From a virus: 64,000 bases of DNA. The stretch spans positions 1 to 64,000 of the IMG/VR virus record IMGVR_UViG_3300025418_001265. One strand, written 5' to 3'. How positions within the stretch are numbered: the stretch's first letter is position 1; every line of letters starts with the position of its first letter. Below the pieces are notes generated by a model. That model saw nothing but the letters and a program-made list of their open reading frames with translations, made no database searches and was not told the DNA's origin. The position numbers and the translations under genes are program-made. Of the stretch, positions 49,668-59,205 are shown piece after piece.

Positions 49668-52600
49668 TTATATAATAAACCAGTTATTACTTGCGCTGTA
49701 TACTAATGTTACTGCTTCGTAGTTATAATTTAATACGTAAGTGGCTTGACCGTCGATTGTAACACCTGCACCGGATAGTGTAATGTTATTTGTCTTAGCT
49801 GCACCAGATTCGTCTTTAATTGTTACGAATAAGCCTGTTGAAGGTAGAGCTGGCAAGTAAATTGTAGCAGCACCGGCAACGTTAACACCAATGTATTCAT
49901 CTGTTGATTGTACTACATAAGGTGTAGTGCTTACTACTCTTGCACCTTGTACGTTTGGATATACAATTTGAGAGTTGTCAGAGTTTAAATAACCTCTTTC
50001 ATTGACTACTACAGCTGTTGTAGATGTAATAGCTCTCATAATTGGTTTCGATACCGTACCGAAAGCACTTGGAGGTGTTGAAGTAACTGCACCAGCTACC
50101 GTAGGTGATAGGAAGTAACATTCACCTGGTGTTAAGCTTTGTAGGCCTGTAATTAAGCCCATATATATGATTTGGAACGCAGCAGCTGAAGCTGATTGAA
50201 CAACGCCTGTTGCTTCTGCGTCAGTTACGTTATCAGCTATTGCTAAGAACCAACCACTTGAACCGTTATCAAGACGTACTACTTGACCAGCGCTAAAGCT
50301 GTTTGTGTATGTAATGACCTGGCTTGAAATATTTGTTGTAGCACCAGATGTACCAGAGAAACCTGTATAACCTGAAATACCACTGAAACCGCTAATACCA
50401 GTAAAGCCTGAGTAACCAGAAATACCTGTAAAGCCGCTATAACCTGAAATACCAGTGAAACCAGAGATACCTGTATAACCTGATATACCAGTAAAGCCTG
50501 AGTAACCACTAATACCAGTGAAACCAGATATACCAGTATAACCACTAATACCAGAGAAGCCGGTGTAACCACTAATACCGCTCCAGCCTGAAATACCGCT
50601 GAAACCGCTTATACCAGTGAAACCAGAAATACCTGTATAACCCGAAATACCAGTGAAACCAGATATACCAGTATAACCACTAATACCAGAGAAGCCGCTA
50701 TAACCAGATATACCGGTAAAGCCTGAGAAACCAGTGTAACCGCTAATACCTGTAAAACCAGATATACCAGTGTAGCCTGAGTAACCACTAATACCAGTGA
50801 AACCGGATATACCAGTATAGCCAGAATAGCCTGACCAACCACTAATACCTGTGAAACCAGAAATACCACTGAAGCCACTATAACCAGATATACCAGTGAA
50901 ACCAGAAATACCGCTAAAGCCGCTATAACCCGATATACCAGTGAAACCACTTATACCTGTAAAGCCACTATAGCCTGAAATACCGCTAAAGCCGCTATAA
51001 CCCGATATACCAGTGAAACCACTAATACCGGTGTAACCACTAATACCTGTAAAGCCTGAATAACCGCTAATACCAGTATAACCACTTATACCTGTAAAGC
51101 CTGAGTAACCTGAAATACCAGTGAAACCAGAGATACCTGTATAACCTGAAATACCTGTATAACCGCTATAACCGCTAATACCGGTGAAACCGCTAATACC
51201 ACTAAAGCCGGAATAACCGCTTATACCAGTGAAACCAGAAATACCGGAATAACCAGAGGCACCGTAACCAGAATAACCAGATGTACCACTAACACCTTGA
51301 CCGATTGGAGTACGTAAAGCGGAATATACTGAACTACCGTTATATTGGAAAGCAGCAGTAAGTGTTGTTGTACTTGTTGTGTAAGCTGCAACTTGTAATA
51401 AGATACGATCTGTTGCAGAAAGCTTTGTAATCGTGCTTGTAACGTAACCTAATTTTTGAAGAGTTGAAACTGTATCTGTGACAGGGCCTGAATCAGCACT
51501 TAAAATGAATGCGCTAGTAGCGCTCGTAGCCATTGAGTAGCTGTATACGCTAATAACAAAGTTTGCAGCGCTAGCAGAAACGTTGCGATAGAAATCGAAT
51601 TCCCACAAACCGGCTGGAATTTCAACTAGGCCTGGTTCACCGATTGGTGTTAAGTACCAACCGAAAGCACTTGGACTGCCTGGACCTGCTGTAGTAGAAT
51701 TAAGAGCTAGTTGGTCGTCATTAACTGTCGTACCACCACCGCCTGGTACTAACGACATTACTTCAAATACTGTTGGGTTTTGATCACTTGTTACTTCTTG
51801 TAGGTAGTACGTTCTACCGTAAATGGATGCACCAGTAGGACCAGATACACCAGAGTAACCTGTATAACCTGAAATACCAGAGAAACCACTAATACCTGTA
51901 AAACCAGATATACCAGTAAAGCCGGAATAACCGCTAATACCAGTAAAGCCTGAGAAACCTGTATAACCCGAAATACCTGTAAAGCCGGAATAACCTGATA
52001 TACCAGTATAACCACTTATACCTGTATAACCGCTAATACCTGTAAAGCCAGAGTAACCAGAAATACCTGTGAAACCGCTTATACCGGTAAAGCCTGAATA
52101 ACCACTAATACCTGTAAAACCTGAAATACCAGTGAAGCCGGAGTAACCTGAAATACCGGTAAAACCACTGATACCAGTATAACCTGAAATACCTGTAAAG
52201 CCTGAATAACCGCTTATACCAGTAAAGCCGCTAAAGCCTGAAATACCACTAAAGCCGCTATAACCAGAAATACCTGTAAAACCAGATATACCAGTAAAAC
52301 CTGAAATACCGGTGAAACCTGAAATACCGCTAAAGCCGGAATAACCAGAAATACCACTAAAGCCGGAATAACCAGATATACCTGTAAAGCCACTAAAACC
52401 GCTTATACCGGTATAACCTGAAATACCTGACCAACCACTAATACCAGTGAAACCTGAAATACCTGTGTAACCAGAAATACCTGTGAAACCGCTATAACCT
52501 GTAAAGCCGGAATAACCACTTATACCGCTAAAACCAGAATAACCTGAAATACCAGATGTACCAGAGTAACCAGAAATACCTGTAAAGCCGCTAAAACCAC

Positions 52601-52898
52601 TGATACCTGTAAAACCTGAAATACCAGTGTAACCAGAAATACCTGTAAAGCCGGAGTAGCCAGAAATACCACTGAAGCCACTATAACCACTAATACCTGT
52701 AAAACCTGAAATACCAGTGTAACCGCTAATACCTGTATAACCACTTATACCAGAGGCACCGGTAAAGCCTGAATAGCCGGATATACCGGTTGCGCCAGAA
52801 TAACCTGATATACCGGACGCACCGGAAAACCCGACGCCGCTATAACCAGAAAAACCTGATTGACCTCTTATTGCTTGGTAGACGAAGGAATTTGCCAT
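49668..52898 (-). CDS. Gly-[YFIW]-[ST] repeat fibre protein
   Basis: Two long GISGYSGFT-type blocks around a ~180-aa insert; C-terminal TIYLP..TIKDESG..IDG domain. Confidence 0.8.
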   Translation of the reverse strand: MANSFVYQAIRGQSGFSGYSGVGFSGASGISGYSGATGISGYSGFTGASGISGYTGISGYTGISGFTGISGYSGFSGISGYSGFTGISGYTGISGFTGISGFSGFTGISGYSGTSGISGYSGFSGISGYSGFTGYSGFTGISGYTGISGFTGISGWSGISGYTGISGFSGFTGISGYSGFSGISGYSGFSGISGFTGISGFTGISGFTGISGYSGFSGISGFSGFTGISGYSGFTGISGYTGISGFTGISGYSGFTGISGFTGISGYSGFTGISGFTGISGYSGFTGISGYTGISGYTGISGYSGFTGISGYTGFSGFTGISGYSGFTGISGFTGISGFSGISGYTGYSGVSGPTGASIYGRTYYLQEVTSDQNPTVFEVMSLVPGGGGTTVNDDQLALNSTTAGPGSPSAFGWYLTPIGEPGLVEIPAGLWEFDFYRNVSASAANFVISVYSYSMATSATSAFILSADSGPVTDTVSTLQKLGYVTSTITKLSATDRILLQVAAYTTSTTTLTAAFQYNGSSVYSALRTPIGQGVSGTSGYSGYGASGYSGISGFTGISGYSGFSGISGFTGISGYSGYTGISGYTGISGFTGISGYSGFTGISGYTGISGYSGFTGISGYTGISGFTGISGYSGFSGISGYSGFTGISGFTGISGYSGFSGISGFTGISGYSGFSGISGFTGISGWSGYSGYTGISGFTGISGYSGYTGISGFTGISGYTGFSGFTGISGYSGFSGISGYTGISGFTGISGYTGISGFTGISGFSGISGWSGISGYTGFSGISGYTGISGFTGISGYSGFTGISGYTGISGFTGISGYSGFTGISGYSGFTGISGFSGISGYTGFSGTSGATTNISSQVITYTNSFSAGQVVRLDNGSSGWFLAIADNVTDAEATGVVQSASAAAFQIIYMGLITGLQSLTPGECYFLSPTVAGAVTSTPPSAFGTVSKPIMRAITSTTAVVVNERGYLNSDNSQIVYPNVQGARVVSTTPYVVQSTDEYIGVNVAGAATIYLPALPSTGLFVTIKDESGAAKTNNITLSGAGVTIDGQATYVLNYNYEAVTLVYSASNNWFII
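50345..52865 (-). repeat. Degenerate 9-nt-period G-[YFIW]-[ST] coding repeats (about 50345-51300 and 51835-52865)
   Basis: Visible in DNA and translation; synonymous codons vary between units. Confidence 0.95.
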
Positions 52899-52955
52899 AG
52901 TAGTATTTCTTTATTGTTAATATTTATATTTCTTTACGCATTTTTGAGTGTGTTA

Positions 52956-55900
52956 TTAAACTAAATTCCACACACCATTAATGTATATTACTGAAACCGT
53001 TTCAAACGGAGATGTAATTTGATCAAAAGTAGCACCGTCAATTAAATCCGGCGGGGTAGCGGATATTGTTATCGCAAACGTTGTATTATTAGCGTATCCA
53101 AGCATATCTTTAATTGTAAACGTCTTGCCTGGAGTACCGACTGGCAATACAACTGTTGAAGTACCACTATACCTTACACCAATAAAGTAATCTTGTGCAG
53201 AGGCAGCATAATAATTGTTTGTTATTTGAACTGCTGGCACTGTTGAGTTTAGAGCAGAATCGCTCGTGTTTAATATACCTCGTTCATTAACAACCACACC
53301 AACGTTTGAAGTAATGGCACGCATTACTGGTTTGGATACTGTTCCAAACGCACTTGGAGAATATGTCGCTAAGGCACCTGCAACAACTTCACTTAAGAAA
53401 TAACATTCGCCTGGATTTAATGTAACGGTATTATCAAATGTAATTAAACCATTATATACTACGTAAAAGTTGTAAGGTGTAGCAGATTGTACAATACCGG
53501 TTGCTTCGGCATTAACAACATTATTAGCCTGAGCTAAGAACCAGCCGCTTGAACCATTATCAAGTCTTACTACCTGGCCAGCACTAAAAGTATTGCTATA
53601 TGTTATTAGTTGACTGGAAATATTAACAGGTGAACCACTATAACCGCTAAAGCCAGAATAGCCTGACCAACCAGATTCACCGGAATAACCTACAGCACCG
53701 CTAAAGCCAGAATAGCCTGACCAACCGCTTATACCGCTGTAGCCATCTAAACCGCTATAACCAGAAATACCGGAAGCACCTGAAAAACCGCTATAGCCAG
53801 AATAACCTGTTATACCGCTAAAACCAGAAGTGCCTGAGGTACCACTAAAACCAGAGGTACCGGAGTCGCCTTTTACTTGGCCAACATTAGTCCAAACACC
53901 GCCTGCATATACCCATAAATCACCAGATGTTTCATCGATAACCCCGTTACCGTCAACTGCTAAAGGGAAAGCTGCACTTAATGTTACTTGTGGGTCGTTA
54001 GGCGGGTTAACATATGCATTAGGTACTGTACCAATAATAGTAACTGAGGAACCATTAACACCTGAATAACCAGATATACCTACGTCGCCTTGTGCACCTT
54101 GCGCGCCGACATCTCCCTGTGCGCCTTGAGCGCCCTGGAAGCCTTGATCTCCTTGCGCACCTTGTGGACCAATGTCACCTTGGAAGCCTTGTGGACCAAA
54201 ATCTCCCTGAGCGCCTTGTGGTCCGAAATCGCCTTGTGCACCTTGATAACCTTGAAAACCTTGAGGTCCTGTGTCACCTTGCGCGCCTTGAGGTCCTACA
54301 TCGCCTTGGGAACCTTGTGCACCTCGTGGACCGAAACCTGAATAACCAGATACACCGGAACCACTAAAACCACTATAACCAGATGTACCTGTAAAACCGC
54401 TATAACCAGAAATACCAGAATCTCCACTAAAGCCTGAAATGCCGCTAAAGCCGGAATAACCTGACTCACCGGAATAACCGCTTATACCAGAATAACCACT
54501 ATAGCCGGAAATGCCACTATTGCCAGACCAGCCCGATATACCAGAATAACCAGATACACCAGTATAACCGCTTATACCTGAAAAACCAGATATACCACTA
54601 TAACCAGAGTAACCAGAAATACCTGAATAACCGCTAGCGCCTGTATAACCGCTTATACCAGTATAACCGCTGTAGCCTGAAATACCAGACCAGCCAGATT
54701 CACCACTAAAGCCTGAATAACCGCTTAAACCAGAATAACCTGATATACCACTAAAGCCAGAGTAGCCCGATGTACCAGTAAAACCTGAATAGCCCGAAAT
54801 ACCGCTAAAGCCTGATATACCACTTGCACCACTGTAACCCGAGATACCAGAAAAACCGCTATAACCAGAAATACCTGTAAAGCCTGATACACCGCTAAAG
54901 CCAGAATAGCCCGATGTACCAGTAAAGCCTGAATAACCGCTTATACCTGTATAACCACTAATACCAGAGAAACCTGAAATACCGGTATAGCCGCTTATGC
55001 CGCTAGCACCGGAATAGCCTGAAGTACCTTGTGCACCAGACCAACCAGAGGTACCAGAGTCACCTTTTATTTGACCAACATCAGTCCAAGTTGTGCCGCT
55101 ATATACCCATAAATTACCAGTAGTTTCGTCTATAACACCATTACCAGCTACTGCACCAGGAAATGCTGCATTTAAAGTAGCTTGTGGGTTACCGCCAACA
55201 GTTGGTACCGTACCAATAATAGTAACTGAAGTACCGTTTTTACCAGAGTAACCTGATGTACCTACATAACCACTATAACCAGAAATACCTGTAAAACCAC
55301 TTATACCACTAAAACCAGATATACCGGTGTAGCCTGAAATACCACTAAAGCCGCTATAACCTGAAATACCAGTATAACCACTTATACCGCTGAAACCAGA
55401 TATACCTGTATAACCGCTAATGCCTGTAAAGCCTGAGTAACCAGATGTACCAGAATAACCTGATATACCAGTATAACCAGATGTACCCGTAAAGCCTGAA
55501 TAACCGCTTATACCAGTAAAACCGCTAATGCCACTAAAACCAGATATACCACTAAAGCCAGAGTAACCAGAAATACCACTAAAGCCAGATATACCACTAT
55601 AGCCGGTGTAACCACTAATACCGGTGTAACCGCTCGCACCAGAGTAACCGCTAATACCAGTGAAGCCGGAATAACCACTAAAGCCTGAATAACCTGAAGT
55701 ACCTGTAAAACCACTATAACCGGAAATACCAGAATCTCCACTAAAGCCGCTAATACCTGAGAAACCAGAATAGCTACTATAACCGGAATAACCACTTATA
55801 CCGCTAAAACCAGAAGCACCGGAATAGCCAGATACACCAGAACCACTAAAACCGGAATAACCTGAAATACCGCTATAACCTATATAACCAGAGTAACCAC

Positions 55901-57035
55901 TAAAACCTGTGAAACCGCTAATACCAGAATAACCAATTGGACCGCTATAACCTGAAATACCAGAGAAACCAGAATAACCAGAAGTACCTATACCACTGAA
56001 ACCAGAATAACCTGAAGTACCAGAAGCACCGTCTTTACCAAAAGGTAGGTTAGTTACTATTCTACTATAGTGCTCGGTACCGAGATAATAATATGCAACG
56101 TTTACACCACCACCAGCATTCGGATCAGACATATCAGTTGTCTGAGCATAAATGTCAATCTTAATTCTATCGTTAACATCTAATGGTATAGGTTCACTAA
56201 TATAATACTGTGTTCTACTAAACAGTATTTGTGCACCATAGGTTCTAGTTAATGGATCGCTAGTTACCGAAAATAATTGAGTAGCTGTAACATTATCAGC
56301 AGACAATTTGCTTACTACATATGTTAAATATGTATTTGCTGAAGCGCCTGGACCATAACAGCTATAATACGAATCAAAGTACCAACTACCTGAGTCAATT
56401 AATGACCTACCAGGAAAACCAGAAAGGGTAATTGTTTTGGTAATTGGTACTGGGTTTAATGGCTGATTAAAAAACCCTGAATCGTCTTCTGTTTCGTCTC
56501 CTATTTCTCCAGTAGGTTCAGAAAGTACTACATAACCAGGAAATTCAGAAGGTATATTAGTAGGGTAAAGAACTAAACCGATAACCGATTGACCAGAATA
56601 ACCAGACTCCCCACTATAACCAGATAAACCAGAATCCCCACTAAAACCGCTTATACCTGACGCGCCAGATGTACCGCTAAAACCAGAATAACCAGAAATA
56701 CCTGTATCGCCGGAATAACCACTAATGCCGCTAAAACCAGATTGACCATCAATACCAGAATAACCAGAATAACCTGAAGCAGCTGCAATACCAGGTAAAC
56801 CAGAGTAACCAGACATACCGGTTGCACCACTATAACCAGATTGTCCTTGAGGGCCTACATCACCTTGCGCACCTTGAGGTCCTTGAGCGGATACAGCAGA
56901 AACTGCAACTGAATACGTAGAAAATGTACCGTCTGGGTTTTGTTGTTCAAGAAACAGCAGATCCTGAGGAAGTATCACGCCTGCTGCTGACAGCTCGTGT
57001 GGATAGACTATTGACGGGTAACTAGTATCAGCCAT
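52956..57035 (-). CDS. Gly-X-Y repeat fibre protein with inserted globular modules
   Basis: GYS/GFS/GIS and GPQ/GAQ blocks; two GTSVTIIGTVP modules; C-terminus paralogous to 49668..52898. Confidence 0.8.
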   Translation of the reverse strand: MADTSYPSIVYPHELSAAGVILPQDLLFLEQQNPDGTFSTYSVAVSAVSAQGPQGAQGDVGPQGQSGYSGATGMSGYSGLPGIAAASGYSGYSGIDGQSGFSGISGYSGDTGISGYSGFSGTSGASGISGFSGDSGLSGYSGESGYSGQSVIGLVLYPTNIPSEFPGYVVLSEPTGEIGDETEDDSGFFNQPLNPVPITKTITLSGFPGRSLIDSGSWYFDSYYSCYGPGASANTYLTYVVSKLSADNVTATQLFSVTSDPLTRTYGAQILFSRTQYYISEPIPLDVNDRIKIDIYAQTTDMSDPNAGGGVNVAYYYLGTEHYSRIVTNLPFGKDGASGTSGYSGFSGIGTSGYSGFSGISGYSGPIGYSGISGFTGFSGYSGYIGYSGISGYSGFSGSGVSGYSGASGFSGISGYSGYSSYSGFSGISGFSGDSGISGYSGFTGTSGYSGFSGYSGFTGISGYSGASGYTGISGYTGYSGISGFSGISGYSGFSGISGFSGISGFTGISGYSGFTGTSGYTGISGYSGTSGYSGFTGISGYTGISGFSGISGYTGISGYSGFSGISGYTGISGFSGISGFTGISGYSGYVGTSGYSGKNGTSVTIIGTVPTVGGNPQATLNAAFPGAVAGNGVIDETTGNLWVYSGTTWTDVGQIKGDSGTSGWSGAQGTSGYSGASGISGYTGISGFSGISGYTGISGYSGFTGTSGYSGFSGVSGFTGISGYSGFSGISGYSGASGISGFSGISGYSGFTGTSGYSGFSGISGYSGLSGYSGFSGESGWSGISGYSGYTGISGYTGASGYSGISGYSGYSGISGFSGISGYTGVSGYSGISGWSGNSGISGYSGYSGISGYSGESGYSGFSGISGFSGDSGISGYSGFTGTSGYSGFSGSGVSGYSGFGPRGAQGSQGDVGPQGAQGDTGPQGFQGYQGAQGDFGPQGAQGDFGPQGFQGDIGPQGAQGDQGFQGAQGAQGDVGAQGAQGDVGISGYSGVNGSSVTIIGTVPNAYVNPPNDPQVTLSAAFPLAVDGNGVIDETSGDLWVYAGGVWTNVGQVKGDSGTSGFSGTSGTSGFSGITGYSGYSGFSGASGISGYSGLDGYSGISGWSGYSGFSGAVGYSGESGWSGYSGFSGYSGSPVNISSQLITYSNTFSAGQVVRLDNGSSGWFLAQANNVVNAEATGIVQSATPYNFYVVYNGLITFDNTVTLNPGECYFLSEVVAGALATYSPSAFGTVSKPVMRAITSNVGVVVNERGILNTSDSALNSTVPAVQITNNYYAASAQDYFIGVRYSGTSTVVLPVGTPGKTFTIKDMLGYANNTTFAITISATPPDLIDGATFDQITSPFETVSVIYINGVWNLV
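53635..56890 (-). repeat. Interrupted G-X-[ST] and G-X-Q coding repeats
   Basis: Visible in DNA and translation. Confidence 0.9.
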
Positions 57036-57045
57036 ATTCTATTAC

Positions 57046-58074
57046 TTAGTTGTTAGGGCTGCGAAGTCCGAAATAACCTAGATTTACTCCATTAGTTTCT
57101 GCAGCTAGTGCACTAGCGGTAGGTGTATGCATACCACCACCAGCATATAGATTTACTAAAGTTATATTGCTATCGTAAGCACCATATACTCCTGTGTCTG
57201 GGTTACCGGTTACCCCGCTGTAACCGCTATAACTTAAATATCCAGATAATGGTGCGTTATGATTAGCTGTATAATCGTAAACATTATTTCTAGTGTATTT
57301 GTCAACGTTCTGAAAATAATTCTTTTCGTTTCTATTTTCAATAACTCTAGCATTATTATTACCATTAATTGTAGCAGCAAGAGGTACTGGGCCGGCAACT
57401 TTATTGTCGAATACTTGTTGGCTGAGATTTTCTCTAGGAGATTGTGGTTCGTAGGTATAATCAAAGCGCTTACCTCTTACCATCCATATATAATGACCGA
57501 GTAATTGATTGTTTTGCCCTGAACCAGATTGATCTACACGTTCTGTTATTTCATATATCTGTCCAGATCTACCGTTTGGACGGGTAGTACCATATTCATA
57601 TAACTCTATAAGATCACCTGCTTTAGGTTCAAATGTATATCTACTTGCAACTGAACTTAATGCAGAACTTGACATAGTACTTGTAAATGTTTTAATAGCA
57701 ACAATAGCTGTAAGATCTGCTGTACCTTGTATACCGAATTTACTTAATATAATACTGTCATTATTAAGAGTTACTGCCATTACAATTGGTATGGGTGGTA
57801 AATACCCAGCTAAAGGCTGTTCACCATAGAAAAAGTCGTGACCGGAAAGAGTGTATTGATTAACGTAATAATTTACGTTCATTCCGTATTGGTTTATTTG
57901 TTCAGCCCACCAATTATTAAATAGTTGGATTTGACTAGCATTATTTGTAACATCTAAATAACGTATTGGTCCGATCGCGCACTCATAACCCCCGGGTACG
58001 TTTGTACCAACTGGATATGCTGTTCCTGGTGCAATATATGGACCGGTATCTACACAATACTGAGCTATTGACAT
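57046..58074 (-). CDS. Neck protein, T4 gp14-like
   Basis: EQINQYGMNVNYY, LSKFGI, PKAGDLI; start moved to MSIAQ (TAAATA 5 nt upstream, avoids overlap with the divergent gene). Confidence 0.72.
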   Translation of the reverse strand: MSIAQYCVDTGPYIAPGTAYPVGTNVPGGYECAIGPIRYLDVTNNASQIQLFNNWWAEQINQYGMNVNYYVNQYTLSGHDFFYGEQPLAGYLPPIPIVMAVTLNNDSIILSKFGIQGTADLTAIVAIKTFTSTMSSSALSSVASRYTFEPKAGDLIELYEYGTTRPNGRSGQIYEITERVDQSGSGQNNQLLGHYIWMVRGKRFDYTYEPQSPRENLSQQVFDNKVAGPVPLAATINGNNNARVIENRNEKNYFQNVDKYTRNNVYDYTANHNAPLSGYLSYSGYSGVTGNPDTGVYGAYDSNITLVNLYAGGGMHTPTASALAAETNGVNLGYFGLRSPNN

Positions 58075-58079
58075 AAAAA

Positions 58080-58121
58080 TATTTACAATATCTATAGAAT
58101 TAATCAGCATTATACTAAATA
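58080..58121. promoter_or_regulatory. Back-to-back late promoter boxes
   Basis: TAAATA on minus at 58080-58085 and on plus at 58116-58121, 5 and 8 nt before the respective ATGs. Confidence 0.65.
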
Positions 58122-58129
58122 ATATTACA

Positions 58130-59140
58130 ATGAGTAAGATAAAGAGTTTATCCGAGTTGGGTGATTTGTATGGCACGATTCAAGAATCTGCTGTCAACCA
58201 GCCTGCAATTGATATGGGCAATAATATGCCTGATATCCTTTTAACAGATGCTACACAATATGTACCAGCTGGAAAAGCCCCTAAAACAGGTTCTGCTTTC
58301 GGTAAAGAAGACGGTATTGAAGAAGTAGCTAAAGGCACGGGTCCAGAAGCTGCGGATAACTTTGATAAGAAACTTGCTAAAGAAGCTGATCTTACAAAAG
58401 CTGGTGAAGCTACAAAGGGTGTAGCTAAAGAAACTAAAAAGGAAACTAAAGAAAAGAGGGAAGCTCTTCCTGATAAAGAAGAAAAAGTAGAAGAGACTGT
58501 AGATTCTGCTTCGAAAACTCCTAAATATAAGAAACAACAATTTATTATGCCTAAATCAAAATTCCAACAATTGTATGAGGACGCAATGCAAAAAGGTCCT
58601 TTCGTTAAAGAAGAAGAAGAAATGGCTCCTATCGCCCCTGCAGCAGATGATACTAGTGCAGAGATCGATGCTGAACCAACTGGTACAGAAGAGAAGCCTT
58701 TGACCCACGAAGAGATTATCGAAATGCTTGAAAAAGCACTAGAAGCTCTTAAGAAGCACGCTGGTTATGAAGATACCCACGGTGGTAAAGACATCAGCGC
58801 TGGTGGAGAAGAAGAAACAGCTCATATGGAAGACTCTTCCGAAGAAGAAGAGGAAGAAGAAGAATCAGCAATGGAAGAAGCTGTTGATGCTGAAGATCTA
58901 GGTCACCCACTTGAAGGTGCTAAATCAGAAGAGCTCAAAGATGGTCACAAGATTCATAAAGTCGGTGGTTCAGGTGTAACTAAAGTTAAAGGCGCTGCTT
59001 CAGAGCAGGGCGCTAACTTTAAGAACGAGCCAGCTCCTAAGAAAGAAAAAGAATCAGCTCATCTTAAAGACGGACATAAACTTCACACAGTCGGTAGCTT
59101 AAAGCCAACTAAGGGTGAAGAAAATATGTTCACACAATAA
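58130..59140 (+). CDS. Acidic prohead core/scaffold-like protein
   Basis: Very Glu-rich; twice-repeated LKDGHK.H.VG; located between neck and terminase genes. Confidence 0.55.
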   Translation: MSKIKSLSELGDLYGTIQESAVNQPAIDMGNNMPDILLTDATQYVPAGKAPKTGSAFGKEDGIEEVAKGTGPEAADNFDKKLAKEADLTKAGEATKGVAKETKKETKEKREALPDKEEKVEETVDSASKTPKYKKQQFIMPKSKFQQLYEDAMQKGPFVKEEEEMAPIAPAADDTSAEIDAEPTGTEEKPLTHEEIIEMLEKALEALKKHAGYEDTHGGKDISAGGEEETAHMEDSSEEEEEEEESAMEEAVDAEDLGHPLEGAKSEELKDGHKIHKVGGSGVTKVKGAASEQGANFKNEPAPKKEKESAHLKDGHKLHTVGSLKPTKGEENMFTQ

Positions 59141-59178
59141 GTTTTTAGGCATAACTTAATTCGGAGTTAAATTCTCCT

Positions 59179-59205
59179 AAAACCCGCTGCAAAGCGGGTT
59201 TTTTT
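59179..59205. terminator. Intrinsic terminator between convergent genes
   Basis: AAAACCCGC-TGCAAA-GCGGGTTTTTTT. Confidence 0.85.

Noticed and set aside
34946-55795. Alternative-frame and antisense ORFs (VLKVLQ/LVVI-type) over the fibre genes
   Set aside because: Shadows of the G-X-Y codon periodicity
49668-57035. Periodic DNA as a CRISPR array or satellite
   Set aside because: Period is 9 nt with synonymous variation inside open frames; no constant repeat with unique spacers
58075-58176. Hydrophobic N-terminal extension of the neck protein as a signal/TM segment
   Set aside because: Overlaps the divergent gene and promoter boxes; the true start is probably 58074
59141-59182. Extra hairpin TTTTAGG...CCTAAAA before the terminator as an ncRNA
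   Set aside because: Weak AT-rich pairing overlapping the terminator; insufficient evidence
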